From positions 2,496,001-2,560,000 of the forward strand of contig OZ242351.1 of NCBI GenBank assembly GCA_965208675.1: a stretch of DNA of 64,000 bases, given 5' to 3'. Source of the DNA: Candidatus Poribacteria bacterium. Lineage in GTDB: Bacteria; Poribacteria; WGA-4E; PCPOR2b. Shown one piece after another: positions 40,904-49,892 of the stretch; the stretch's first letter is position 1; every line of letters starts with the position of its first letter. The translations under genes were made by a program, and so were the position numbers. The notes under the pieces were generated by a model. That model did no database searches. It had not been told where the DNA came from and saw nothing but the letters and a program-made list of their open reading frames with translations.

Positions 40904-43105
40904 ATGCATAGCATGCAAGCAGAATTGGACGATAAGGCACTTGTACAAAAAGCGAAACAAGGAGATTGCCGCGCTTTCGGGGAGTTGGTGCGATGTTACC
41001 AACATACTGTCATGCGAACCGCACGCTCGTTGACAAAAAACGAAGAAGCGGCGCAAGATGTCGCGCAAGAGGCGTTTGAAAGAGCATACAAGTATCTGGA
41101 TTGCTTCAAGCCAGAAAGGCCATTTGTCAACTGGCTGTTAACAATTACGAAAAATACCGCCAAGAGTTGGTTGGCACGGGAACACAAAGCGAACGGGAGA
41201 TTTGTGTCGTTGCAGGAGACGGGGGACGCCGTTTTAGATCAGCGGACATACGAGATCTACTCAGCTCAGACAATCCAACAACAGGTTCGAGAGGCGATTT
41301 CTGAACTTTCCCCCGCGAATCGAACGGTGGTTCACCTTTACTACATTTGCGGGTATTCCTATAAAGAGATAAGCCATCAGCTTGAGATTCCCACAAGCAC
41401 GGTTCGTAGTCGGCTTCAAGAATCCAGAAAGCAACTGAGAGAGGAGTTTGTTAGCATGGTGACTGCATTACGATTGCAAAAGACGTTGACTAAGAAGGAT
41501 GGTCTGATAGGCGATACAATCACCGCAATTTTTGAAGACAGCAAAGGAAATATGTGGTTCGGTACGACCAATGGGGTTAGCCGCTATGATGGCAAGGCCT
41601 TCCAGAATTTCACGCAGATCGATGGGTTAGCGTTGGATACCGTTGGCGCAATTCTTGAAGATAGCCGCGGTACGCTCTGGTTCGGCACGGGGCGGTGGAA
41701 CGTTGAGGGAAAGGGGGTCAGCCGCTATGACGGAAAGACCTTCCAAAATTTCACCACAGCGGACGGCCTAGCTGACAACACGGTAAAGGACATATTTGAG
41801 GATAAGGAGGGACACCTCTGGTTTGCGACACACGGCGGCGTGAGTCGTTACGATGGCCATAACTTTTACAACGTTAAGGACGGATTTGCACACAGCGCCG
41901 ATTGGAACTCTAACAACGGTGTTGATGCGATTGTGCAAGACGCTGATGGTAACCTCTGGTTTGGGGGCTACGGCGGCATCAGTTGTTACAATGGAGAGAT
42001 GTTTGAGTATCTCACAACCGATGATGGGCTGCAAAGCGGCTGGGTGACCGACCTTCTGTTCGATCAGCAGGGCAATCTCTGGATTACCCGCGCCGGCGGC
42101 GGAGGCTTGCTCGCATGCCTCGATATGAAGTTTAACCACCATATTGACCGTGGCAACCCAATATCAAAGGATATGCGGACTTCCATGGAAAAAAACGGCA
42201 TTGCCCTCTCACATAAGGCAAAGATCTGGTCGCAGGAAGAAGGCCGCAAAGGGCTAGTTCGGGATGGAAAGCTGTTCGATATTGAACCGAAATTCCAAAC
42301 GGAATTCGATAAAAATATCATTTCCGTCGAATTACGGGACGCTTTTGGAAGGAATGAATTTCCACTTTCTGATCCGGAGTTTCTTTTTCGCCTCGATCTG
42401 AAACGCCAGTGTGACTTAGACAGCAGTAATTCGTCATTCCCAAAAAACCTGCGGCAAGAGTTTGAAAAGAAACTCAAGCGCTCATTACTAAAGGATACGG
42501 AGATTTTAACCCAGGAGAGTGGTAGCCTATGGCTGATGACCGAGAGGGAAAACCATTCAAATGGGTGTTATGGCGGAGATACTTTCACCGTCAGAATAGA
42601 AAAGGAAAGGCTAAATGTCTACCGACAGAGCGTCTCCGTGCACCCAACGGCAGATGACCAATGGCGCATCAGTGACAACGGAGATCGAATCAACAATTGT
42701 CCCCGGCTCCGAGAATACTTTGTTGTCAAGGAACAGAATCGACTCGACGTATACCAAAATCAGTACGAGGTCATAAAAGGAAATAATCATCTATTAATCA
42801 TGGGGCGCGGCAGCGGGATTAGCCGGTACGATGGCAAAAACTTGGTGAATTTTCCGTCTCATGAGGGTATTCCGATGGATATAACCGAAAGCGTCACGCA
42901 GGACCGGAAAGGAAACCTTTGGTTTACAAGCCGTGACGGCGTCAGTGTCTATGACGGGAAAACTTTCCACAACTTTACGACAGGCGACGGCCTGCCGCAT
43001 AATAATGTGTCAGCGGTGCTTGAGGACAGACACGGCACGCTCTGGTTCGCCACGGACGGGGGTGTGGGTTTGGGCGTCTATGTGTCCGTCAACGACTCGA
43101 GATGA
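40904..43105 (+). CDS. ECF sigma factor fused to Reg_prop beta-propeller repeats with a nested-domain insert
   Basis: sigma2 (AQDVAQEAF, FVNWL) and sigma4 (SYKEIS..LEIPTSTVRSRL), then repeated I.ED..G.LWF.T..GVS.YDG blades. Confidence 0.88.
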   Translation: MHSMQAELDDKALVQKAKQGDCRAFGELVRCYQHTVMRTARSLTKNEEAAQDVAQEAFERAYKYLDCFKPERPFVNWLLTITKNTAKSWLAREHKANGRFVSLQETGDAVLDQRTYEIYSAQTIQQQVREAISELSPANRTVVHLYYICGYSYKEISHQLEIPTSTVRSRLQESRKQLREEFVSMVTALRLQKTLTKKDGLIGDTITAIFEDSKGNMWFGTTNGVSRYDGKAFQNFTQIDGLALDTVGAILEDSRGTLWFGTGRWNVEGKGVSRYDGKTFQNFTTADGLADNTVKDIFEDKEGHLWFATHGGVSRYDGHNFYNVKDGFAHSADWNSNNGVDAIVQDADGNLWFGGYGGISCYNGEMFEYLTTDDGLQSGWVTDLLFDQQGNLWITRAGGGGLLACLDMKFNHHIDRGNPISKDMRTSMEKNGIALSHKAKIWSQEEGRKGLVRDGKLFDIEPKFQTEFDKNIISVELRDAFGRNEFPLSDPEFLFRLDLKRQCDLDSSNSSFPKNLRQEFEKKLKRSLLKDTEILTQESGSLWLMTERENHSNGCYGGDTFTVRIEKERLNVYRQSVSVHPTADDQWRISDNGDRINNCPRLREYFVVKEQNRLDVYQNQYEVIKGNNHLLIMGRGSGISRYDGKNLVNFPSHEGIPMDITESVTQDRKGNLWFTSRDGVSVYDGKTFHNFTTGDGLPHNNVSAVLEDRHGTLWFATDGGVGLGVYVSVNDSR

Positions 43106-43231
43106 CTTTATACTACCAACACTAGGTTCTGTTGACATTTCAACGTAACCAGATAAGCGTGGAGACAAAACTCAGAAATCCAAGATAGCGGGCAGCGAGT
43201 TTCTCGAAACGAGAGAAGATACGACGGAATA

Positions 43232-43516
43232 GGGATTTTCCACCTGCTCAACGGGGACAAGAAACTTCCGACAGAAAAAGTGCCTGATGGCATCGATCCT
43301 GAAGCATGGAACAGTCAAGGAAGCGACGAACACCAGAAGGCACTTGACGCACTAACCACGGTCTGGGGTATATTGCCCGGTCAAACTGGACAAATTAAGT
43401 ACGATTTCAATCAGGGACAGCGTTTTAACCTGTGCGCTACTGGCGATCAATGGGGTGGTACAGAGACCATAAACGCTTTTCATGCTAAGATTTCTGTAAA
43501 AAGGAAATTGAAATGA
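43232..43516 (+). pseudogene. 3' relic of a SelN-like paralogue (accessory C-terminal domain only)
   Basis: GIFHLLNGD...WGILPGQTGQI.Y.F.QGQRF.L.ATG...INAFHAKISV matches the C-termini at 48232 and 49258. Its TGA overlaps the ATG at 43513. Confidence 0.7.
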
Positions 43517-44646
43517 GAACTTCACCAAACAAAATCAAGCTTAATCTCGACAGTAATGCAGAAGTTTCTGTTAAAGGCTTTATCGCTCCGATTGAATACA
43601 CGCAATACAACTTCCATGTTGATTGGGAGGCGTTGGCAAATCTACGGGTTGCTGAGCCAGAAAAGCAGCATTCTGCATCGGTTTTTCAATCTTTTCTGCC
43701 TCCAGAACCGGTTACGGTCGGTGAATGCTGGCAAATCGATGAAGCAGGCGCGCTGGAAATACTAAAACAACTTCACCCGAATCCGAGTTACGATAATGAT
43801 GGTGATTCTTATGGATTGTGGGCGTGTTTGCGCGCTTACAATGATGCGTTCGCTGAAATCGTGTTTCGCATCCATGCACAATTTGCTTTAAATGGCGGCT
43901 TGTTCACACCCTCGCAGTTTGCCGGGAGTCTAGTTGTCGACCGAATCGAAGATAGGGTTGCCCACTTCAAGATGCATGTACCCGAAGGCGTACTGAACTT
44001 CGATGTCTGCTGGGGCGAATATATCGACATCGGCTTTTGCCCGCAAATGGAACTGCATGCTGGGAGGCAAGACGTTGTATTCGGGGCTGAATTTGCTGAA
44101 GCCATCACCCAAGACGAAGCGGCGCACGTTCTAATACTGCGTTTCTACAAGTCCCAGCAAATTCATTGGGTATCGCTGGAAGAAGCGTTGAAAATGGCAC
44201 CGGTGCAACAGCAACCGATTCATGCCATTTCGATTGATGGGCCGCTGGCTGACGAGTCGTGCTGAGGGAGCGGCAAATGCCTGAGGGCAGGTGCTCTCTC
44301 ACACGACCGGGTCATCAAATTCTTGAACGAAAAATTCATCAACACTTGGGCAACAAATGCCGAATTAGGGCGTCATCGTAGCTTGCGAGACCCTATCGCT
44401 AAGAGACGCAAGCGCGAATCCAAGACGTTCGACACCTCCCACCCGTTGGCGCAAGCAATCTTGAAGGGCGGGGAGACAAGTTCACCGGTGGATTGTATGG
44501 TTATATCGCCCGACTTTGAACTGAAAGGGCAACTTCCGCTCAATGAATTCCTTGAGAACACCCGAAGTAAGGGCATTCGCCAAGAGGAGAGTTACCTAAC
44601 GTTTCTCGTGCAATCGTTAGAAGGGAAACAGCCGGGATTGGAGTAA
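43513..44646 (+). CDS. Selenoprotein N-like protein, copy 1 (Sec at TGA 44263-44265; 377 aa with read-through)
   Basis: ORFs 43513-44265 and 44323-44646 share a frame. Read-through gives GPLADESC-U-GSGKCLRAGALSHDRVIKFLNEKFINTW. Upstream FRIHAQF, FTPSQFAG and DIGFCPQMEL match SELENON. Confidence 0.88.
44266..44298 (+). promoter_or_regulatory. Putative bacterial SECIS hairpin (copy 1)
   Basis: Lower stem GGGAGC/GCUCUC, upper stem UGCC/GGCA, apical loop UGAG beginning after a 16-nt spacer from the UGA. Confidence 0.65.
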
Positions 44647-44695
44647 TTGCCAATACCGGCTTTGAGCGAACCTCGTGTGTGGTATAGGACAATTA

Positions 44696-44844
44696 CGGAC
44701 ACCCGCGACTGAACATCAGGATTACAACGTGCGCTAACGATTGGTATCCCAGCCGGCAACGCCAAGCGAGGAGGTTCTTTACGCTTGTACGATAGCGACA
44801 TCGGAATCGCCACAGGGAGCGGAGAACGTAGCTAAGACTCCTTT
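44696..44844 (+). pseudogene. Decayed C-terminal accessory domain of copy 1
   Basis: RTPATEHQDYNV and ALTIGIPAGNAKRGGSLRLYDSDIGIATGSGERS* align with RAPTPDCQDFTVV...TLAIDIRVGGAELRGSFYLYDTDVEIPTGRGERYY in 48767-49258. Confidence 0.65.
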
Positions 44845-45038
44845 ACACGCAGGTTTGCAGTACCGATTCAGTTGCATGAAGGGTAGTTACCAGGTAGGGA
44901 TTAGTAAGTCTAGATATGCCAATCCGGACCAGTCTTTCACCCTACACGTTTACACCCGCAATTGGAAAATTTTTTGGCTGAATAGTCAAATCAGATTTTG
45001 AGGAGTTCGGGTTTTGCCTTGCAATGCCCAAAATATAG

Positions 45039-46196
45039 ATGAAAACTTTCAAAAACAGAATCGCCGTCAATCTTGACGACACAGCAGAAGTGTCCGTGAA
45101 CGGTTTCATCGCGCCGGTTGAGTACTCTGCTGGAGATTTCCATAAGAGGTGGGACGCATTGGCGAATCTAAGGGGCGCTGAGCCAGAGATGCAGTATTCT
45201 GCGTCAGTATTTCGTGCGTTTCTCCCGTCGGGAGCGGTTTCGGTTGGTGAAGTCTGGCGTATTGAGGAAGCGGGGGCACTGGCGTTGTTGAGGCAACTTC
45301 ACCCTAATCCACATCTGGATTTGCACCATGATGCAGGAGACTCCTGTGGATTGTGGGCATGCCTGCGTGCATATAACAATGAACTTGCCCATGTTGTGTT
45401 CCGCATTCATGCAGAATTTGCGTTGACGGACGGCTGGTTCACACCCTCCCAATTTGCCGGGCATCTCGTTATCGATCGAAATGAAGACAAGATTGTGTTT
45501 TTCCAGATGCGCGTACCTGAAGGTATAATGAACTTCGATGCTAATTGGCAAACGACGGAAGAAGGATGGAGACCAGATACGATAATTACCGATACCGGCT
45601 TCTGCCCGCAAATGGAATTACGTGCCGGTATTGAACCCGGTGTGCAGAATCTTGAATTCATAGAAGCTATTACGGAAGAAGAAGCGGCGCACAAGCTGAT
45701 ACTGTGCTTTTACGAATCGGCGCAAATTCATTGGGTATCGCTGGAAGAAGCCTTGAAAACCGCAGCGGTGCAACAGAAGCCGATTCACGCCCTTTCCGTA
45801 GATGGGCCGCTGGCTGACGAGTCGTGCTGAGGCAGCGGCAAACTCCTGAGGGCAGTTGCTTTCTCACACGACCGGGTCATCAAATTCTTGAACGAGAATT
45901 TCATCAACACTTGGGCAACCAATGCCGAATTAGGGCGTAAACCGCAATTACGAGTTCCTATTGCCAAGAGACGCGAGCGCGAATCCAAGACCTTTGACAC
46001 AACGTCCCCCTTGGTACAAGCAATCATGAAGGGCTGGAAGAAAGATTCACCGGTGGATTGTTTGGTTATATCGCCCACCTTTGAACTGAAAGGGAAACTT
46101 CCACTCAATGAATTTACCAGCAACGCCTTGGATGGTGGGAGAACGGCGGCGGAAAACTACCGACTATTTCTAATGGAATCCTTAGAACCTGTTTGA
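45039..46196 (+). CDS. Selenoprotein N-like protein, copy 2 (Sec at TGA 45828-45830), cut after 46184 by a composite MITE insertion
   Basis: In-frame read-through GPLADESC-U-GSGKLLRAVAFSHDRVIKFLNENFINTW. The present stop codon lies inside the MITE end; the original 3' part is at 48767-49258. Confidence 0.87.
45831..45860 (+). promoter_or_regulatory. Putative bacterial SECIS hairpin (copy 2)
   Basis: Lower stem GGCAGC/GUUGCU, short CC/GG upper stem, UGAG loop at +17..+20. Confidence 0.55.
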
Positions 46197-46313
46197 AAAG
46201 TAACTGGCGGAGCCGTTGTTTGAATATTTGAGCGTCATAATCATCGGATTTTCAAGGCATTTACCCCAAAATGACATCGCCCGATGACGGATTTGGACTT
46301 TTCAAACAGGCTC
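46185..46313 (+). mobile_element. 129-bp MITE, left copy (IS5-family, IS1031-like ends)
   Basis: Terminal inverted repeats GAACCTGTTTGAAAAGT / ACTTTTCAAACAGGCTC; flanked by TTA and TAA; no transposase. Confidence 0.85.
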
Positions 46314-46693
46314 TAAAGCAATGCACGTATCTCTGAGAAATTTCTCGCTTAATCGCGTAATTTCCGTGAAAAGTGCATCCGAAACTGTGTTGCGGTAAAA
46401 GCTGCATAATAGTCTTCTCAACGGCATTTATACGGACAATACACGTTGCGCAAACATCCATGACAGCGAGAACAAAGATTACGCCGCCATCCATGCATTA
46501 ATCCCTCAATACATGGTTGCAGCGGTTTTTAAAATGTCGTATTATGCGTTAATGGTGACAAATGTCAACTGGTAATTGCTAACATCTACTATGGACAATG
46601 AAAATAGCAGGAAAATATCCGACGCGAGAGTTTCTGTGACCTGACGGTACCGCAAAAAGTTTGATGCAACCCACATTTCATTAGGAGAATTAA

Positions 46694-48232
46694 ATGAGAA
46701 TGGATTTAAATAACGTGCCTCAGTATTCGCGGAGCGTGCAGGTAGAAGCACACTGGGAACCGATTGCGGATTCTACATTTAATCTGCACAAAGAAATCCC
46801 AGAACACGCTGAGTTGTTCGATTTATCTCCAGACTACCCGTTCAAAAAATATGAGTCAGACGCTTTCAAAGCCTTCTTTCCCTCATCATCCGTAGCAGTG
46901 GGAGATGTATGGCAGCTTGATTCGGAGGGAGTTGTTCTGTTCCTTCGCCAATTCCACGCCGGAGCGACGACGAATCTACATCATGGCACGGAAGGTGCCT
47001 TTGCGTGCTTACGCGCCCTTTCGGCGGAATATGCGGAAATTACTTTCCGAATTCATGCGGATTTCGCGTTGTCGAGTATCGCTTATGAAGAATGGACGCG
47101 TGCGAACTCGATGAAAGAGGATGAAGGCAAAGCCCGATTTATTGCATCGCAATTCGCGGGAAAACTAGTCGTTAATCTGATGGATAGGACGGTTCAAGCG
47201 TTTTCACTAGCGTTGCCGCCCCGCAATAGCAACATTGACATCAACGCCTATGGTTGTGCCGATATGGTTTTTGTTCCGCGCATGCAACTCCTCGCCATCG
47301 GCGCCGATGACCATGGTGAAATTACGTGGGACGATTCCATCACTGAAGAAGAGGCGCGCAGGGCGATGGAGTTGAAATTCTATAAGTTCGCTGAGATCGA
47401 ATGGCGGCCGGTTGAAGAAGCGGTCGAACTTGCAAAAAAAACGCGCCGTCCGATCCATGCAATCCTTGTCTGGGGGGCACTGGACGACGAATCTTGCTGA
47501 GCGAACGGCAAACGATTGAGGGCGGGTCCGCTCTCCAATTCAGAAGTGATAAAGACGCTCAATGAGAAGTTTGTAAATACTTGGGTGTTCCTAAGAGAGT
47601 TGCCGGAACTAATACGCGGCGTTAGAGGGGAAGGTGCAAGCCGCGTCGCGGCAAAACTACAAAAACATTATTCCCATTCGGTTGATATATTGGCGCTGAC
47701 CTCAGAGGCAGAAGTGCTGGCGCATCATCCGGAGATGGCACTTCCCTACAGGAACAGGACACAAGCCTATTTAAGGCTGCTTAATCGTTCTCTAGAGGCT
47801 TTTGAAGCAAGGTATTTCTCAGAATTAGGAGCAAGGCCCATCAGTTTGGGGAAAAAACTCAAGGAGGTTTTGCATGTTTTTCGAGCATCCGAAACGCCGG
47901 ATTACACGATCGTTGACATTGACACAACCTCTTTTGAACACGACGGGATACTCTACATTGAGATACAGGTCGGTGGGGGCGAGGCGGCAGGGACGTTTGA
48001 ATTGTTCGATGGTGACACGGAACTTGTTACAGATGAATCTCCTGATGAAGCACTGGCTGGAGCGTGGAATGTCCCTCCCGGTGGAACAGGTCATATCATT
48101 CACAACTTCAAACGAGGGCAGCGTTTTAAGTTGAGGGCTAATGGGAGTAGGTCAAGCAAGGAGGGGTGCATCAACGCTTTTAGTGCGTATATTTCTGTCG
48201 TGCCGGAGTCTGAAGAATACGGGGAGTGGTGA
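46694..48232 (+). CDS. Selenoprotein N-like protein, copy 3 (Sec at TGA 47498-47500; 512 aa with read-through) with C-terminal accessory domain
   Basis: IHAILVWGALDDESC-U-ANGKRLRAGPLSNSEVIKTLNEKFVNTWVFLREL closely follows the animal SELENON core (LWGALDDQSC-U-GSGRTLR...LNESFISTW); AGGAG RBS. Confidence 0.9.
47499..47533 (+). promoter_or_regulatory. Putative bacterial SECIS hairpin (copy 3)
   Basis: Lower stem GAGCGAAC/GUCCGCUC (one mismatch), CG/CG upper stem, UGAG loop at +17..+20. Confidence 0.5.
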
Positions 48233-48239
48233 CGCTTAG

Positions 48240-48634
48240 CTAGACCTCAACACGGACAAAAGCGAGATACGCACCCGATACAAGAACAACGACAAACAGC
48301 GCTAACAACAGTAAATCTATCGCCGTGGCGTTGAAATCACGGCTGAGATTGAGTGTATCTTCAAACTTTGGATTCGACTCCGGACTGACGCGTTTCTGCG
48401 ACATTCCCTCGCCAACGCCTATGATATTAAGACTTTCCGGGTCAGCCCTATCCGTGTCAAGGACAAATTCGCGGAATTGGCGGGCGTAACCTTGGACATT
48501 TTCCAAGAATTGCAAATGGCGATTAAATCCGGTTGCCGCAAACGATTCCAGAAGGTGCTGGACAAGCACTACTGGGGAAACACGGGTTGTTGGGCGGTCG
48601 GTTAACGGAAATTTCACCGGCGGAATAGGTCTTA
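48240..48634 (-). pseudogene. 3' fragment of an ABC-transporter permease-like membrane protein, truncated by the MITE
   Basis: VSP...LLESFAATG..RH..FLEN and a terminal TM helix (LLLLALFVVVLVSGAYLAFVRVEV). The ORF's apparent N-terminus lies inside the MITE. Confidence 0.55.
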
Positions 48635-48763
48635 GAGCCTGTTTGAAAAGTCCAAATCCGTAATCGGGCGATGTCATTTTGGGGTAAATGCCTTGAAAAT
48701 CCGATGATTATGACGCTCAAATATTCAAACAACGGCTCCGCCAGTTACTTTTCAAACAGGTTC
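48635..48763 (-). mobile_element. 129-bp MITE, right copy (inverted)
   Basis: Reverse complement of 46185-46313 with one mismatch found by eye (CCGATGACGG vs CCGATTACGG); TTA on both sides. Confidence 0.85.
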
Positions 48764-48766
48764 TTA

Positions 48767-49258
48767 GAGGGGAAACGTCCCGGGTTGAGTCGAGATAATT
48801 CTTTCGGATATTTATTTGGCGAAGTAGATGATAGCGCCGTGGAACCGCTCTTAAGTGATTTAAACGTTGTCCTCAACAATGCGCAACCCTCGTTGGAAGT
48901 GTTGGATGTTTTTCGGGCTCCAACACCGGATTGTCAGGATTTCACTGTCGTAAAAATTGATGCCACGGCGTTTAAAACCGGTGGGACGCTAGCAATTGAT
49001 ATCCGAGTCGGCGGCGCCGAACTGAGAGGTTCTTTCTATTTATACGATACCGATGTTGAAATCCCTACAGGGCGCGGGGAGCGTTACTATCACTCGTTCG
49101 CCAATGCGACGGATATGCCTCCCAGGGGAGCAGCGCAAATCCAGTATCCTTTCTATCGACCTCAGGTGTTCAAGCTGGTAGTTGCCGCGGAGCCGGAAAA
49201 TGGGGACGGGAGTGTCAACGCCTTTCATGCGAGAATTTCTGTAGAGCAGGCAAATTGA
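48767..49258 (+). pseudogene. Displaced 3' part of SelN-like copy 2 (accessory domain)
   Basis: Joining 46184 to 48767 gives MESL-EGKRPGL, matching VQSL-EGKQPGL in copy 1; ends VNAFHARISV. Confidence 0.8.
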
Positions 49259-49892
49259 ACTTGCGAGACAGGTGGTTGAGTCATCCACCATTAAGTTACC
49301 TGATGTCGGGAAAAGTCTCCGGTTTTTGCGTGATTTTAGATACGGTGGAGATGAGCCACGGAGCGCGGATTTGGTACGTTTGCGGCGACCGTATTACACG
49401 CTTGATTGGTTTCTCTGAGGGCGGAGCAAGTGGATTCCCATTGCACCGTTCAACACCGGTAGCAGCGCATCGAAGAATGTCCACACCAGCGAACGGACAT
49501 CTGCGCTGACCGCGGTAAAATCTTTTGCAGCCTTGCTGATGCCGAACCAGTTCCAGAAAAAGAGTATGGCAGCGAACACGAACCCGTAGAACAGCGCGTT
49601 GGCTGCCGCAGGGCAGACGACGGCAGAAGGATCTCGAAATCGGTCAGAGGCGTAAGCGCACTTCCGCAATCGCCAATAGGAACCGAGTCTTTATTTACTA
49701 GTAAAGGGGATTGATTTAGCTGTTGCTTCTGTTACGACTTTATGGTTTCAGTATTGCACCAAATGTTGTGGTAGTTCGGCTTGCTACCCAATCGACTTCT
49801 TACCGGCATACGCAGCAGTTTAAATCAAAAACAGAGTATAGTCTGCAGCAGTCATTGGATGGGGCGAAGTAACTCCGTTTCTAAATGACCGA

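Larger units (their letters stand above)
46185..48763. mobile_element. Composite MITE-bounded element carrying SelN-like copy 3
   Basis: Two inverted MITE copies and direct TTA at 46182-46184 and 48764-48766; removing the element restores the copy-2 reading frame. Confidence 0.75.

Noticed and set aside
44263-47500. The DESC-TGA codons as genuine stops, with separate downstream ORFs at 44323, 45888 and 47516
   Set aside because: The same TGA recurs at the same aligned position in three divergent paralogues, the 'intergenic' codons are conserved in frame, the downstream ORFs have only TTG starts, and the position matches the Sec of SELENON.
46185-48763. Invertible segment (phase variation) as the cause of the copy-2 split
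   Set aside because: Both halves of copy 2 lie outside the repeats in the same orientation with a TTA duplication, which fits an insertion. Secondary inversion of the cargo remains possible, but no recombinase is present.
49296-49669. Short minus-strand membrane-like ORF between the SelN-like array and the FGE gene
   Set aside because: No clear start or family motif; at best an unidentifiable relic.
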